DNA of 62,840 nucleotides from Pseudomonadota bacterium (GTDB taxonomy: Bacteria > Bdellovibrionota > Bdellovibrionia > Bdellovibrionales > SG-bin7): the NCBI GenBank assembly GCA_034439715.1, contig JAWXAY010000007.1, positions 1 to 62,840 of the forward strand, written 5' to 3'. The position numbers and the translations under genes were made by a program. Every line of letters begins with the position of its first letter. Positions within the stretch are counted from its first letter, which is position 1. The notes under the pieces are model-generated. The model saw nothing but the letters and a program-made list of their open reading frames with translations, was not told the origin of the DNA and did not search any database. Below are positions 28,132-37,535 of the stretch, piece after piece.

Positions 28132-28839
28132 ATGAGTATGCCTAACCCGGCCGAAAAAAATATTTTTGTTGTAGAAGATGAAAAGGACGTGAAAAATCTA
28201 ATCACACTTCATTTGAAGCGCGAGGGATTAAACGTTGATGGCGCAGAGAACGGCGATGCGGCCCTAATAAAATTAAGTACAAACAAATTTGATTTAATTA
28301 TCCTGGACTGGATGTTGCCCGGAATTTCTGGTCTCGAAATTTGTAAAACAGTTCGCGCGCATAACGCGAATCCCAATCACGAAATCCCGATTCTTATGGT
28401 GACCGCAAGGGCTGATACTGCAGACATTGTATTGGGAATTGAAATGGGGGCCGACGACTACATTACTAAGCCATTTGAGATTCCCATTTTCATCGCTCGG
28501 GTTCGCGCACTCCTTCGGCGAGTTAGGACTATTAAAACAAAAGCAGGACAGGTCATGGAATTGGGAGCGCTACGATTGGATATTGGCGCCCATGCTGTCA
28601 CCTGTGGCCAAGATAAAATCGAACTCACACTTTCAGAATTTAAATTATTATCTTCTCTTTTAGAGAATCGCGGACGCGTGTTGTCACGAGAACGACTGAT
28701 TGCGCTAATACAGGGTTACGGCGTTGCCGTGACTGATCGCACTGTTGATACCCACGTGTTTGGCTTGCGAAAAAAATTAGGTGCCTGCTCCGAAATCATA
28801 GAAACAATTCGTGGAATTGGCTATCGCATCGGAACCTAA
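28132..28839 (+). CDS. PhoB/OmpR family response regulator
   Basis: LDWMLPG, GADDYITKPF, RTVDTHV..LRKKL, TIRGIGY. Confidence 0.9.
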   Translation: MSMPNPAEKNIFVVEDEKDVKNLITLHLKREGLNVDGAENGDAALIKLSTNKFDLIILDWMLPGISGLEICKTVRAHNANPNHEIPILMVTARADTADIVLGIEMGADDYITKPFEIPIFIARVRALLRRVRTIKTKAGQVMELGALRLDIGAHAVTCGQDKIELTLSEFKLLSSLLENRGRVLSRERLIALIQGYGVAVTDRTVDTHVFGLRKKLGACSEIIETIRGIGYRIGT

Positions 28840-29652
28840 ATGCTAAGCTTCATTTTTCGCTTTCGCCAATTGTTTTTTCCAAAAGAGACTGACGCTTCGA
28901 TCGAAGATTTAAAGCGCGATATTCAGAATAAATCAGAAAGTCTTCTGAGAGAACGAGAAGACCTTTTTAAACGAGCCGAACAGCTTCGCATTGATTTCGT
29001 GGCCAATGTTTCGCACGAACTTCGCACTCCACTGACCTCTATAAAGGGTTACACTGATACGCTTATGGAAGATCTAAGACTCGGTCGCCCCGTAGAAATC
29101 GAATACTTGGATGCAATTTCTAGAAATGCCAATCGCCTGATGAGTCTTATTTCTGATCTACTTGATTTGTCTTCGCTCGAATCGACAGAGGTATTGCAAA
29201 AAACAATTGTTGCTACGCCAGAAATATCCAGCCGGGCGATAAAAAGCCTGCAGACAAACTTTGATGCCAAAAAACAAACGATCGAAATTAAATTCGGTGT
29301 TGACACTATTAGTGCCGATGTCAGACGGCTTGAACAAGTTCTGATAAACCTACTTGATAACGCTAATAAATACACGCCCGTGAATGGCCAAATTGAAGTC
29401 ATTTGGGATCAAGATGAATCAAACTATTATTTAAAAATAAAAGACAACGGTCCCGGCATCCCGACCGAACACCAGTCCCGGCTGTTTGAGAGGTTCTATC
29501 GCGTCGATAAGGCTCGCTCAAGAGAGGTGGGCGGAACAGGCCTAGGTCTAGCTATTGTAAAACACATTATGCAATGCCATGAGGGATCGATAAGCGTAGA
29601 AAACAACCCGACCAAGGGTTCGATGTTTATCTGCCAATTTCCAAAGAAGTAA
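28840..29652 (+). CDS. PhoR-like histidine kinase lacking TM/sensor domains
   Basis: DFVANVSHELRTPLT, FERFYRVDKARSREVGGTGLGLAIVKH; only 270 aa. Confidence 0.85.
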   Translation: MLSFIFRFRQLFFPKETDASIEDLKRDIQNKSESLLREREDLFKRAEQLRIDFVANVSHELRTPLTSIKGYTDTLMEDLRLGRPVEIEYLDAISRNANRLMSLISDLLDLSSLESTEVLQKTIVATPEISSRAIKSLQTNFDAKKQTIEIKFGVDTISADVRRLEQVLINLLDNANKYTPVNGQIEVIWDQDESNYYLKIKDNGPGIPTEHQSRLFERFYRVDKARSREVGGTGLGLAIVKHIMQCHEGSISVENNPTKGSMFICQFPKK

Positions 29653-29872
29653 CCGCAGACAACCTAAAAGACAAAAACCTTAGTTTAGTTATTTGATGGC
29701 TCACAGTCGTTTGTGCAAGAGGTAGAGCCAGAACTAAATTTCCGCAGAGACACTCGCGCCTCTCAGCCAGCACCTTCAATATTGCAATGCGCGCTAGATG
29801 GGACAACGTCTTTGCGAAGTCCGCGATTTTTAGATCTCGGGCATGAAATGCATTTATTCTTGGCAACGCCAT
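29627..29872 (-). pseudogene. arsR: ArsR/SmtB repressor, C-terminally degenerate
   Basis: FAKTLSHLARIAIL..ECLCG.L...LAQTTVSH, then similarity is lost; overlaps the kinase 3' end; palindrome ATCGT-N6-ACGAT at 29886-29901. Confidence 0.6.
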
Positions 29873-29969
29873 AAATTCATTATATATCGTAATCACACGA
29901 TTAAAGACAAGGGTCTTAAATGAATGTATTTTTAATTGCGATTTTTGGCGCTGTCCTCGGTAAAACAAT

Positions 29970-30398
29970 ATGGGGCCACCAGTGAACATACTTTTCATGT
30001 GTGTGGCGAACTCTGCTCGTAGCCAACTAGCTGAGGGATTAGCACGCCAAATTTACCCCGGTGACGAAATCCAGAGCGCAGGCTCGCATCCTGGAAAACT
30101 CAATTCATTTGCTATTCGGGTAATGAAGGAAGTCGGACTCGACATTTCAAAACATTTCTCAAAATCCATTAACGACCTCAGTCCAAGCTTTCTCGCGGGC
30201 CTTGATTATGTAATCACGCTTTGTGCTGAAGAAGCGTGTCCAATCCTTATATCCAAAGCTAAAAAAATCCATTGGCCACTTCCCGATCCTGCGACGAACG
30301 AACCAACATCAGAAGAGGAATCATTAAAACGTTTTCGTACCGCCAGAGATACAATCCATTCACGATTGAATGAATTTAAAAAGGAAATAGGGCGATGA
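29970..30398 (+). CDS. arsC: Arsenate reductase, LMWPTP fold
   Basis: FMCVANSARSQLAEG, TLCAEEACP, HWPLPDP. Confidence 0.88.
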   Translation: MGPPVNILFMCVANSARSQLAEGLARQIYPGDEIQSAGSHPGKLNSFAIRVMKEVGLDISKHFSKSINDLSPSFLAGLDYVITLCAEEACPILISKAKKIHWPLPDPATNEPTSEEESLKRFRTARDTIHSRLNEFKKEIGR

Positions 30399-31051
30399 GT
30401 TTGTCTAAAAGAGTTTTTTCTGAATTTTTAGGAACGTGCGGCTTACTCATTGTGATCGTTGGTTCAGGAATTATGGGGGAAACGCTTTCACAAGGAAACT
30501 TAGCAATGACACTTTTAGCGAACTCTCTTGCGACGGGAGCAGGACTTTATGCACTCATTCAAATCTTCGGGCCAATTTCAGGGGCTCACTTTAATCCGAC
30601 AGTAAGTTTCGTTGAATTACTTTGGAAAAAACTCTCCATAAGTGACTTTGTTAGATATTCTCTTGCTCAAATTTCAGGTGCAATTCTTGGAGTCTTGATT
30701 ACTCATATAATGTTTGGCAAAAAAATTTTCCAATTATCGAGTCATGACAGAGGCGATTTTCGATTTTTACTTTCAGAAGTGATCGCCACTTTTGGACTTA
30801 TCTCAGTCATTTCGCTTTCAGGAAAAAGAAGTGTTGAGTCGACTCCACTCGCAGTCGCTCTTTATATTACGTCTGCCTATTGGTGTACGTCGTCTACTTC
30901 ATTTGCTAATCCAGCAGTAACAATCGCAAGAGGCATGACCGATACATTTTCAGGGATTCTATGGACGGGTATACCCGGATTTATCGTGGCTCAGTTTGCT
31001 GGAGCGATGCTCGCTTATTTGGTTTGTGGGCTGCTTTCGCAGAAATCCTAA
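30395..31051 (+). CDS. MIP/aquaporin family arsenite channel
   Basis: SGAHFNPT and SFANPAVT motifs; next to arsC. Confidence 0.85.
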   Translation: MSLSKRVFSEFLGTCGLLIVIVGSGIMGETLSQGNLAMTLLANSLATGAGLYALIQIFGPISGAHFNPTVSFVELLWKKLSISDFVRYSLAQISGAILGVLITHIMFGKKIFQLSSHDRGDFRFLLSEVIATFGLISVISLSGKRSVESTPLAVALYITSAYWCTSSTSFANPAVTIARGMTDTFSGILWTGIPGFIVAQFAGAMLAYLVCGLLSQKS

Positions 31052-31087
31052 TAACTTAATTTTATCTTGTGGCCCCAGTCACTCAAC

Positions 31088-31148
31088 AACCTGACACGCA
31101 TGTCAGGTTTTGTGTCAGTAGGTACTGACATCTATGTCAGAATGTCAG
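31088..31148. promoter_or_regulatory. Cluster of CTGACA/TGTCAG palindromes (candidate enhancer)
   Basis: AACCTGACA-cgca-TGTCAGGTT at 31088-31109; CTGACA-tcta-TGTCAG at 31125-31140; extra half-sites. Confidence 0.65.
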
Positions 31149-31240
31149 TGGCAGCGCGCCATACCTAAAAACGTCAGATAAAACAGAAGTTCCAAATAGT
31201 TAATGAAAATCATGTCAACGGGCCAGTCGTAAAAAAGCGT

Positions 31241-31255
31241 TGGCACGCCATTGCT
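31241..31255 (+). promoter_or_regulatory. Sigma54-like promoter with non-canonical spacing
   Basis: TGGCACGCCATTGCT has both consensus elements but GG-N9-GC rather than N10. Confidence 0.4.
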
Positions 31256-31299
31256 CTTAGATTCTCCCGAGACGTTGACGTCTCAAAAAAGGAGGAACG

Positions 31300-31581
31300 A
31301 TGAAAGAACGTAAAATAAAGAAAAAGCTGACACGCTTAGGAGACTACTGGGTTGACAGCGAATTGCTCAAGGAGGGCTACGGTCTTGGAGACATAATTGA
31401 GTTCTCAAGACTGGAACTCCCAGAGCTTATAGATCCTAGTAAGCGAATTCATGTCGGCTGGCTGATTTGTCCAGAATGTTGTGAGTACACACAGATCGAT
31501 CGCCGTAATCCAACTTGTACTCACTGCGGTTGGAATGAAGATGAAGGTTTTTTTCCAGAGCCAGTCAAATGCGCTGCCTAG
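31300..31581 (+). CDS. Small zinc-ribbon protein
   Basis: RBS AAGGAGG; CPEC..CTHCG. Confidence 0.65.
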   Translation: MKERKIKKKLTRLGDYWVDSELLKEGYGLGDIIEFSRLELPELIDPSKRIHVGWLICPECCEYTQIDRRNPTCTHCGWNEDEGFFPEPVKCAA

Positions 31582-31737
31582 AATTTTTCAGAAAAATTAA
31601 ATTTGTAGTTTTTGAATATTGTCGTGTTGAAACATTTTATCAGGTTCGAGAGAGAAACCAAACAAAGTGGATTAGCGCGAGCGATTGGATTTACGAGCAA
31701 AAACAAAATCATTATTTTTTTAACCAGGGAGTTTTTC

Positions 31738-32175
31738 ATGAACACAGAACAAAAAGAACCATTATTGCAATCGAAAAAAAATGAGTATTACCGTTTTAAA
31801 CTAATGCAAGGCCAGACTGCTGAGGACGGCACATTTCAGCGAACCAAAACCGTGGGTATGGCATATCTCGTCGACGGGAAGCACACCTACTCATTGCGGC
31901 TATGGACTCTTCTCAAAGATAAGTTCTATCTTGTCCCAAGAAAGAACGATCAAGCCCTATTCTTGTTAGTGACGCGCGACTGGAATAAAAATCCATCCGC
32001 AAAAAATAAAACATTTTCGAACATCGTCGGAAATGGAAAAGCTGATGCTGCTCTTGGAGTCGTCAAGATCGAATTCGATCTTCTGGATAAGCCCATCTAC
32101 ATGAGCATCCATCCAGAATCGTTTGCGCAGTCGACACGCCTTCCAGTACCGGAGGTGCTCGATGAAGCCGCCTAA
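31738..32175 (+). CDS. Hypothetical beta-rich protein leading the tra operon
   Basis: GGAG upstream of ATG at 31738; no family recognised. Confidence 0.6.
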   Translation: MNTEQKEPLLQSKKNEYYRFKLMQGQTAEDGTFQRTKTVGMAYLVDGKHTYSLRLWTLLKDKFYLVPRKNDQALFLLVTRDWNKNPSAKNKTFSNIVGNGKADAALGVVKIEFDLLDKPIYMSIHPESFAQSTRLPVPEVLDEAA

Positions 32176-32212
32176 CGATTCAAAAATAAAAAACACAAAC
32201 AAAGGAGAACTT

Positions 32213-32500
32213 ATGAAACGTCATAAAATTATTATTACGCTTGGCCTAGTACTGATGATTGGTCTTCTCACTCCTGATCTTGCACACGCGGGACTCGAAT
32301 CGAGCCTCTTGGGACTCAAGATGAAACTCACAGGTGTGATTCTTCCGCTCTTGTCGGTGATCGGAATTGCGTTTGCGGCAATTTCGTTTTTCACCGGAAA
32401 TCCAAATGCAAAACAGCACATCGGCTACGCGGTGTTGGGTTGTATTTTTGGATTCGGGGCGCAGGCCATCGTGGACTTCATTGCTCAAACAGTTCGCTAG
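32213..32500 (+). CDS. virB2: VirB2/TrbC-like pilin
   Basis: Signal peptide PDLAHA plus two hydrophobic helices; first in the VirB2-B3-B4 order. Confidence 0.75.
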   Translation: MKRHKIIITLGLVLMIGLLTPDLAHAGLESSLLGLKMKLTGVILPLLSVIGIAFAAISFFTGNPNAKQHIGYAVLGCIFGFGAQAIVDFIAQTVR

Positions 32501-32515
32501 GAAAGAGAGGCGAAT

Positions 32516-32842
32516 ATGGATGAGCAAGGACTATCTACAACAAAGGTTCCACGGGCTTTAGAAATGAAGACAAAGCTGCTCGGCTTTGAACTGCCCGATT
32601 TGCTTTTGATCTTCATGAATTTAGCTCTGACGAATCTTATTTTTGGGACGACGTCCTTTCGCTATCCGCTGGTATGGGGAACAACGCTAGGGCTGGCGTT
32701 GTTTCTTTTCTTTGCGAAGCGTGGACGACCCGACAACTACCTTCAACACTTGGGCGAGTTCATTGCGCTACCCGCATACAAGGCGGCGGGTGCTCCTGAT
32801 CGCAAATATAGAAAATTTAGAAAGGAAAAGAAAAATGCTTGA
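32516..32842 (+). CDS. VirB3-like membrane protein
   Basis: VPRAL...LLGFE, two TM helices, precedes VirB4. Confidence 0.65.
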   Translation: MDEQGLSTTKVPRALEMKTKLLGFELPDLLLIFMNLALTNLIFGTTSFRYPLVWGTTLGLALFLFFAKRGRPDNYLQHLGEFIALPAYKAAGAPDRKYRKFRKEKKNA

Positions 32843-35348
32843 ATCAAAACAAAAAGATGAATCTTTAGCACACGAACTTCCGTATTGGGATTTCGTCGAT
32901 GCCCCGCAAGCACACGCGATTCTCTTTGATGGCTCCTTAGTAGGCGGCCTTAAAGTATCTCTTATGGACATTGAGTGCTTGAACGATGACGAGGTGAATA
33001 GTTTTACAACGGGACTACGATCAGCACTCAATTCGATAGCTGAAGGCACGACTCTTCAGTTTGTTTTAAGTGTTGGGTCGGATTTTTCTGAAATGATTAA
33101 AAATCATAAGGCGGGATTTGCAGAAAAAATTCACCCTTTGGTGAAGACAATTGCCGATTATCGTGAGCAAAAAATCAAAGATGCCGTGGATTCCAAAGAA
33201 CTCTATAAACCAGAACTTTTTATTTATTTGCGCACTCCTATGATCGAGCAAAAGAAATCTGGTTTTCTGAAAAGAAAAGAACAGTTTTCAGAAAACGCGT
33301 CCAAGGCATATCAGGATACACTTGAAGTATTAGGCCAAAATATTGACACGTTAGTTTCATCACTTGAGTCGATTGGACTGGAATCTAAATCACTTACAAA
33401 ACTAGAAATTATTTCGAATATTTATAAATTTCTAAACCCGAAGCGATCAGATGAGGAGCCAACTCCAAAAGTTATCACTTTCAAAGAACACGATCTTGAA
33501 AAAGAAGTGGTTGAAGAGATTGAATGGTTGGCGGCGCAGTCTCCACGAGAGCAACTTGTATTTGGTGATCTACTTCTGGGTTTTGGCCAGTTCACCTTGG
33601 ATTCTTACTATCATCGCGTAGTTACTCTTAAAACATTGCCAGAGATGACCTTTGCGGGTCAGTTTGCAAAATTTCTGAGACTGCCGTTTCACTACGACTT
33701 GATTCTATCGCTTGAGGTGCCTCCGCAGGCGAGCGAGATGGCAAAGCTTCAACAGAAACGCAAGATGGCTCACTCTATGGCCTTAACCCAAGGGAATAAA
33801 GCCAGCGATCTTGAGAGCGAGTCAAAGCTTACATCTACAGAAGAATTAATACGTGAGCTTCTGAATACTGGGCAGCGAATCTACGCAGCCCAGATGAGTA
33901 TTGTGCTTCGAGCGCCCGCTACACCTGATGGCACAAAAAGGCTCAACCGTGAAGTGCGAGAAGTTCTTTCGCGCTTTCGATCTTTACAGGGAGCAGAGGG
34001 CCTAGAAGAAACCGTTGGCTCCTGGAAGATTATCAAGGGGAATTTCCCAGCCGCTCCAATTAGCTTGGAGCGAGCTAGGAAAATGAAAACCAATAACCTA
34101 GCAGATTTTCTTCCTGTGTTTGGACCGCGTGAAGGAGACAAAGACCCTGCCGTTATTTTTAGAAATCGCTTGAACGGTCTTGTTAGCTACAATGGGTTTG
34201 ACCCAGGGCTTCCGAATTACAATTGCTTGGTTACCGGCTCATCAGGAGCAGGAAAAAGTTTCTTGAACAATTGCATCTTGCTTCAGGAGCTTGCTCGTGG
34301 TCTTCGCGTATTCATAATCGACATTGGCGGGTCGTATAAAAAACTCACTGAGAGTTTAGGCGGCCAATATCTTGAAATGAATTTATCGGATAACTATCGA
34401 ATCAATCCCTTTGATATTCCAAACCCAAAAGAAGCCCCGAGTAACCAAAAATTAAAATCACTCCTAGCAATTATCGAAAGTATGGTCGCAGAAGATGACA
34501 AGGCAAAGCTTGCCAAACTTGATCGCGCACTTTTAGAACGCGCAGTGATTGAACTCTACAAATCACGAAGAGCCAAAGGCGAAGTCCCAACGCTCACTGA
34601 TCTTGCAAAATATCTTTCAGTTTTTGAAGAAGACTCCATGCGAGCCATTTCAAAGATGCTTTATCTTTGGACTGGTGAGCGTCCCTATGGGCGACTTCTT
34701 GATGGGCCAGGAGGTTTAAGAACAGACGCCCCGATTTGTACTTTTGATCTTAAAGGTCTTTCAAGTTATCCCGATCTTCAGAGCGTGATGATCCTGATCT
34801 TGACGGATTTTATTCTCACCCAAGTCGAGCAGGATAAGACGAATAAAAAAAGAATTATTCTCGATGAAGCATGGGAGTTACTTAAATCCAATGCCGCTGC
34901 AAACTTTATGGAGTATTGCGCTCGAACTTTGAGAAAAAGCGGAAGTGGAATCACCTTTATCACCCAAGGTGTGGAAGAAATTGTCGCAAGCCCCATTGGG
35001 CCAGCGATTCTTAATAATACCGCAACGAAATTTGTGATGCTTCAACGTGGTGACTCAGAAATTTTGGCAAATGCGCTCAAGCTCAACAGCCGAGAGATAA
35101 ATCTCATTCATTCGCTTCAGCAGAGAAAAGGCGAATTCTCTGAGGGCTTCATGATCGAAGGCGATCACCGCCAGGTCGTTCGTATTTTCCCAAGCCCATT
35201 TGAGTATTGGCTATCCACTTCGGATGCCGGTGACAATAAATACCTTTCAGATTTGAAAGATCAGGGACTCACTCTGGTGCAAGCAATTGAAAAAGCAGCA
35301 CTGACTTTTCCAAAAGGGATATCTCAAGGACAAAGGGAGGCTCTGTGA
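32835..35348 (+). CDS. virB4: VirB4/TraC conjugation ATPase
   Basis: GSSGAGKS, IDIGGSY, INPF, ILDEAW, ARTLRK, TQ. Confidence 0.9.
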   Translation: MLESKQKDESLAHELPYWDFVDAPQAHAILFDGSLVGGLKVSLMDIECLNDDEVNSFTTGLRSALNSIAEGTTLQFVLSVGSDFSEMIKNHKAGFAEKIHPLVKTIADYREQKIKDAVDSKELYKPELFIYLRTPMIEQKKSGFLKRKEQFSENASKAYQDTLEVLGQNIDTLVSSLESIGLESKSLTKLEIISNIYKFLNPKRSDEEPTPKVITFKEHDLEKEVVEEIEWLAAQSPREQLVFGDLLLGFGQFTLDSYYHRVVTLKTLPEMTFAGQFAKFLRLPFHYDLILSLEVPPQASEMAKLQQKRKMAHSMALTQGNKASDLESESKLTSTEELIRELLNTGQRIYAAQMSIVLRAPATPDGTKRLNREVREVLSRFRSLQGAEGLEETVGSWKIIKGNFPAAPISLERARKMKTNNLADFLPVFGPREGDKDPAVIFRNRLNGLVSYNGFDPGLPNYNCLVTGSSGAGKSFLNNCILLQELARGLRVFIIDIGGSYKKLTESLGGQYLEMNLSDNYRINPFDIPNPKEAPSNQKLKSLLAIIESMVAEDDKAKLAKLDRALLERAVIELYKSRRAKGEVPTLTDLAKYLSVFEEDSMRAISKMLYLWTGERPYGRLLDGPGGLRTDAPICTFDLKGLSSYPDLQSVMILILTDFILTQVEQDKTNKKRIILDEAWELLKSNAAANFMEYCARTLRKSGSGITFITQGVEEIVASPIGPAILNNTATKFVMLQRGDSEILANALKLNSREINLIHSLQQRKGEFSEGFMIEGDHRQVVRIFPSPFEYWLSTSDAGDNKYLSDLKDQGLTLVQAIEKAALTFPKGISQGQREAL

Positions 35349-36064
35349 AGACTCTTAAGAAGAACATTAAGAATACTCTCATGGCAGGGATCATGAGCAT
35401 TCTGCTCCTTGTTCCACAGCCGAGCCGTGCTGATATATTCGGTGGTGACATTGCCGTTCTTGTGCAGATTCTAGCCAATGCACTCCAGCAGCTTGCGCAA
35501 CTAAGGCAAATTCTTGGCACTGGTGCGGATTCGCTCAATCTCATGCGAGACATTAATCGAGGAATCAGAGACGGCCTTGCGGTTATTCAAATCTTAAATC
35601 CAAAGTTCAATCCTGGGCTTTACGGAGATTTAGATACCGCTGACCGAGTGCTTTCTGCCATTCAAGACCTCTATGGTCGAATCCCGCAAACCGGAGAGGC
35701 TAGGCTTCAGCAAGCACAAGACCGCTCGGTTTCTGAGAGCATTGCCATGAATGGCACGCTCTTTCGTTTTGCGGACGAAGCAGATGGCGAAAGTAAAAGA
35801 ATTATTGCGCACGCTCAAGTGGTTAGCCCACAGGGGGCGGCAAAACTTACTGCGCAATCACTAGCAGTTTTAATTGGAGTGACAACCCAAGTTCTTCGTA
35901 CCAATTCCATGATGCTCAAAATGATGGGCGAGAACATGGCTCTACAAAATCGAAAAGAAAAAGTTCAGTCAGCACAGTTTCGCTCCCAATACGACGGATT
36001 GACTAGCGCTTTGGGTGGCCTGCCAAAAACAACGAACCTTAAACCTTTAGACGGAGGGAATTAA
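35345..36064 (+). CDS. VirB5/TrbJ-like secreted T4SS protein
   Basis: Signal peptide, helical and Gln-rich; between VirB4 and VirB6. Confidence 0.55.
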   Translation: MKTLKKNIKNTLMAGIMSILLLVPQPSRADIFGGDIAVLVQILANALQQLAQLRQILGTGADSLNLMRDINRGIRDGLAVIQILNPKFNPGLYGDLDTADRVLSAIQDLYGRIPQTGEARLQQAQDRSVSESIAMNGTLFRFADEADGESKRIIAHAQVVSPQGAAKLTAQSLAVLIGVTTQVLRTNSMMLKMMGENMALQNRKEKVQSAQFRSQYDGLTSALGGLPKTTNLKPLDGGN

Positions 36065-36065
36065 T

Positions 36066-36944
36066 ATGCCGCAATTTGATCTTCTCGGCACTCTCATGCG
36101 CGACCTCCATCAGGAGTTTGTGAGGATTTACTACCTCATGCTTCCGGTGTTTTTCGCACTGTCAGTCGCCGTTGCGTGGTTCCGCACCCCACAAGGGGGC
36201 GTTGAGTTCATTGATACGTTAAAACGTGCCTTGATCGCAACGATTCTTCTGGTTGCGTTTCCTGATATTAGCCGAGCCATTATTTTTATTGCAGACGGAA
36301 TTGCAGAAAGAATTGATAGTCTCAACAGTATCGACACGATTATCCGAATGGCTCAGGAGAAATCCCAAGGGTATTCGCTTTCGCTAACAAGTATTTTGCT
36401 GCAATTTGATGATCTCATTATCGCGGTACTGTCATTTGCAAGTTATCTTGTTCTCTATATTGCAAGATATCTAACGATAGCCATGTATCACTTCTTTTGG
36501 GTGTTCTACATGGTGTCGGCCCCGCTCCTACTGCTCTTCAATCTATTCCCCGGTACTAGCCAAATCACAACGAATCTTTTCAAAGGCATGATCGAAGTTG
36601 CTTGTTGGAAAATAGTCTGGGCGATTTTGGGAGCAATGCTTGCCTCCCTCAGTTTTGGAGAGTTGTACCGAAGCGAGGGAAGCTACGTTGCACTCATCGT
36701 CATGAATTTCATCATTGCGATAGCAATGCTCGCAACTCCGATGGTTGTGCGGTCACTTGTAAGTTCTGGCTTTCAGTCCATGTCTTCAACAATCGGACCA
36801 GCGGCAGTTGCGACAATGGTGGCGGCTCCTACAAGAGCTGCTTTTGTAATGAAAACAGCAAAGGACATCGGGCCACATACGGCGTCCTATGTGCGAAGTA
36901 AATTCAGAAACTCAAACTCATTTAATTCAACGAAGGGAAACTAA
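36066..36944 (+). CDS. VirB6/TrbL-like polytopic membrane protein
   Basis: Multiple TM helices; operon position. Confidence 0.7.
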   Translation: MPQFDLLGTLMRDLHQEFVRIYYLMLPVFFALSVAVAWFRTPQGGVEFIDTLKRALIATILLVAFPDISRAIIFIADGIAERIDSLNSIDTIIRMAQEKSQGYSLSLTSILLQFDDLIIAVLSFASYLVLYIARYLTIAMYHFFWVFYMVSAPLLLLFNLFPGTSQITTNLFKGMIEVACWKIVWAILGAMLASLSFGELYRSEGSYVALIVMNFIIAIAMLATPMVVRSLVSSGFQSMSSTIGPAAVATMVAAPTRAAFVMKTAKDIGPHTASYVRSKFRNSNSFNSTKGN

Positions 36945-36947
36945 ATT

Positions 36948-37535
36948 ATGAATCAATCAATAAAACTACAGGCAGCGAGACTGCCAAAAATGCTAAGCGA
37001 TCTTTCGCACTCAAACCAGTTCTTGAAAGTATTTTCCGCGTCAGCTCTTGGTGTCGCGGTACTCACTCTCATTTTGGTGTTTGTTTTAGCAAGCAAAGCT
37101 CCAGTGGTATTAACACTTGCGCCAACAGGAGAAAATCTTGAAAAAGTGGAACTCCCAAAACCAGAAGATCAAATCAAGGCAGCAGTAAATCGCTACCTTG
37201 AAAAACGCTATAAGTGGGAACCAGAAAGCGTAAAGCAAAAGCTTTTTGATGCGCAAGCCTTTGTACTCCCATCAAGCATGAAAGCATACCTTGGGGCAGC
37301 CGCTAATGTTGCCAGGTTCTCTATAGAAAAGCTCGTCTCGCAGCGAGTGTACCCAGACAAAATAGAAGTAAGCCTTGAGAAGAAAACAGTATTTATTACC
37401 GGAGACAGGGTGACTTCGATCCAAGGTCTAAACGCTGCTGGAAACTTGCGACTTGAACTCAGTTTTGAAAGTGGCCCACGCACTAGAAATAATCCCTGGG
37501 GTCTTTATATCACCAAAGAAAGAGAGGAGCTGTAA
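36948..37535 (+). CDS. VirB8/TraK-like protein
   Basis: Single TM and C-terminal RTRNNPWGLYIT motif. Confidence 0.75.
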   Translation: MNQSIKLQAARLPKMLSDLSHSNQFLKVFSASALGVAVLTLILVFVLASKAPVVLTLAPTGENLEKVELPKPEDQIKAAVNRYLEKRYKWEPESVKQKLFDAQAFVLPSSMKAYLGAAANVARFSIEKLVSQRVYPDKIEVSLEKKTVFITGDRVTSIQGLNAAGNLRLELSFESGPRTRNNPWGLYITKEREEL

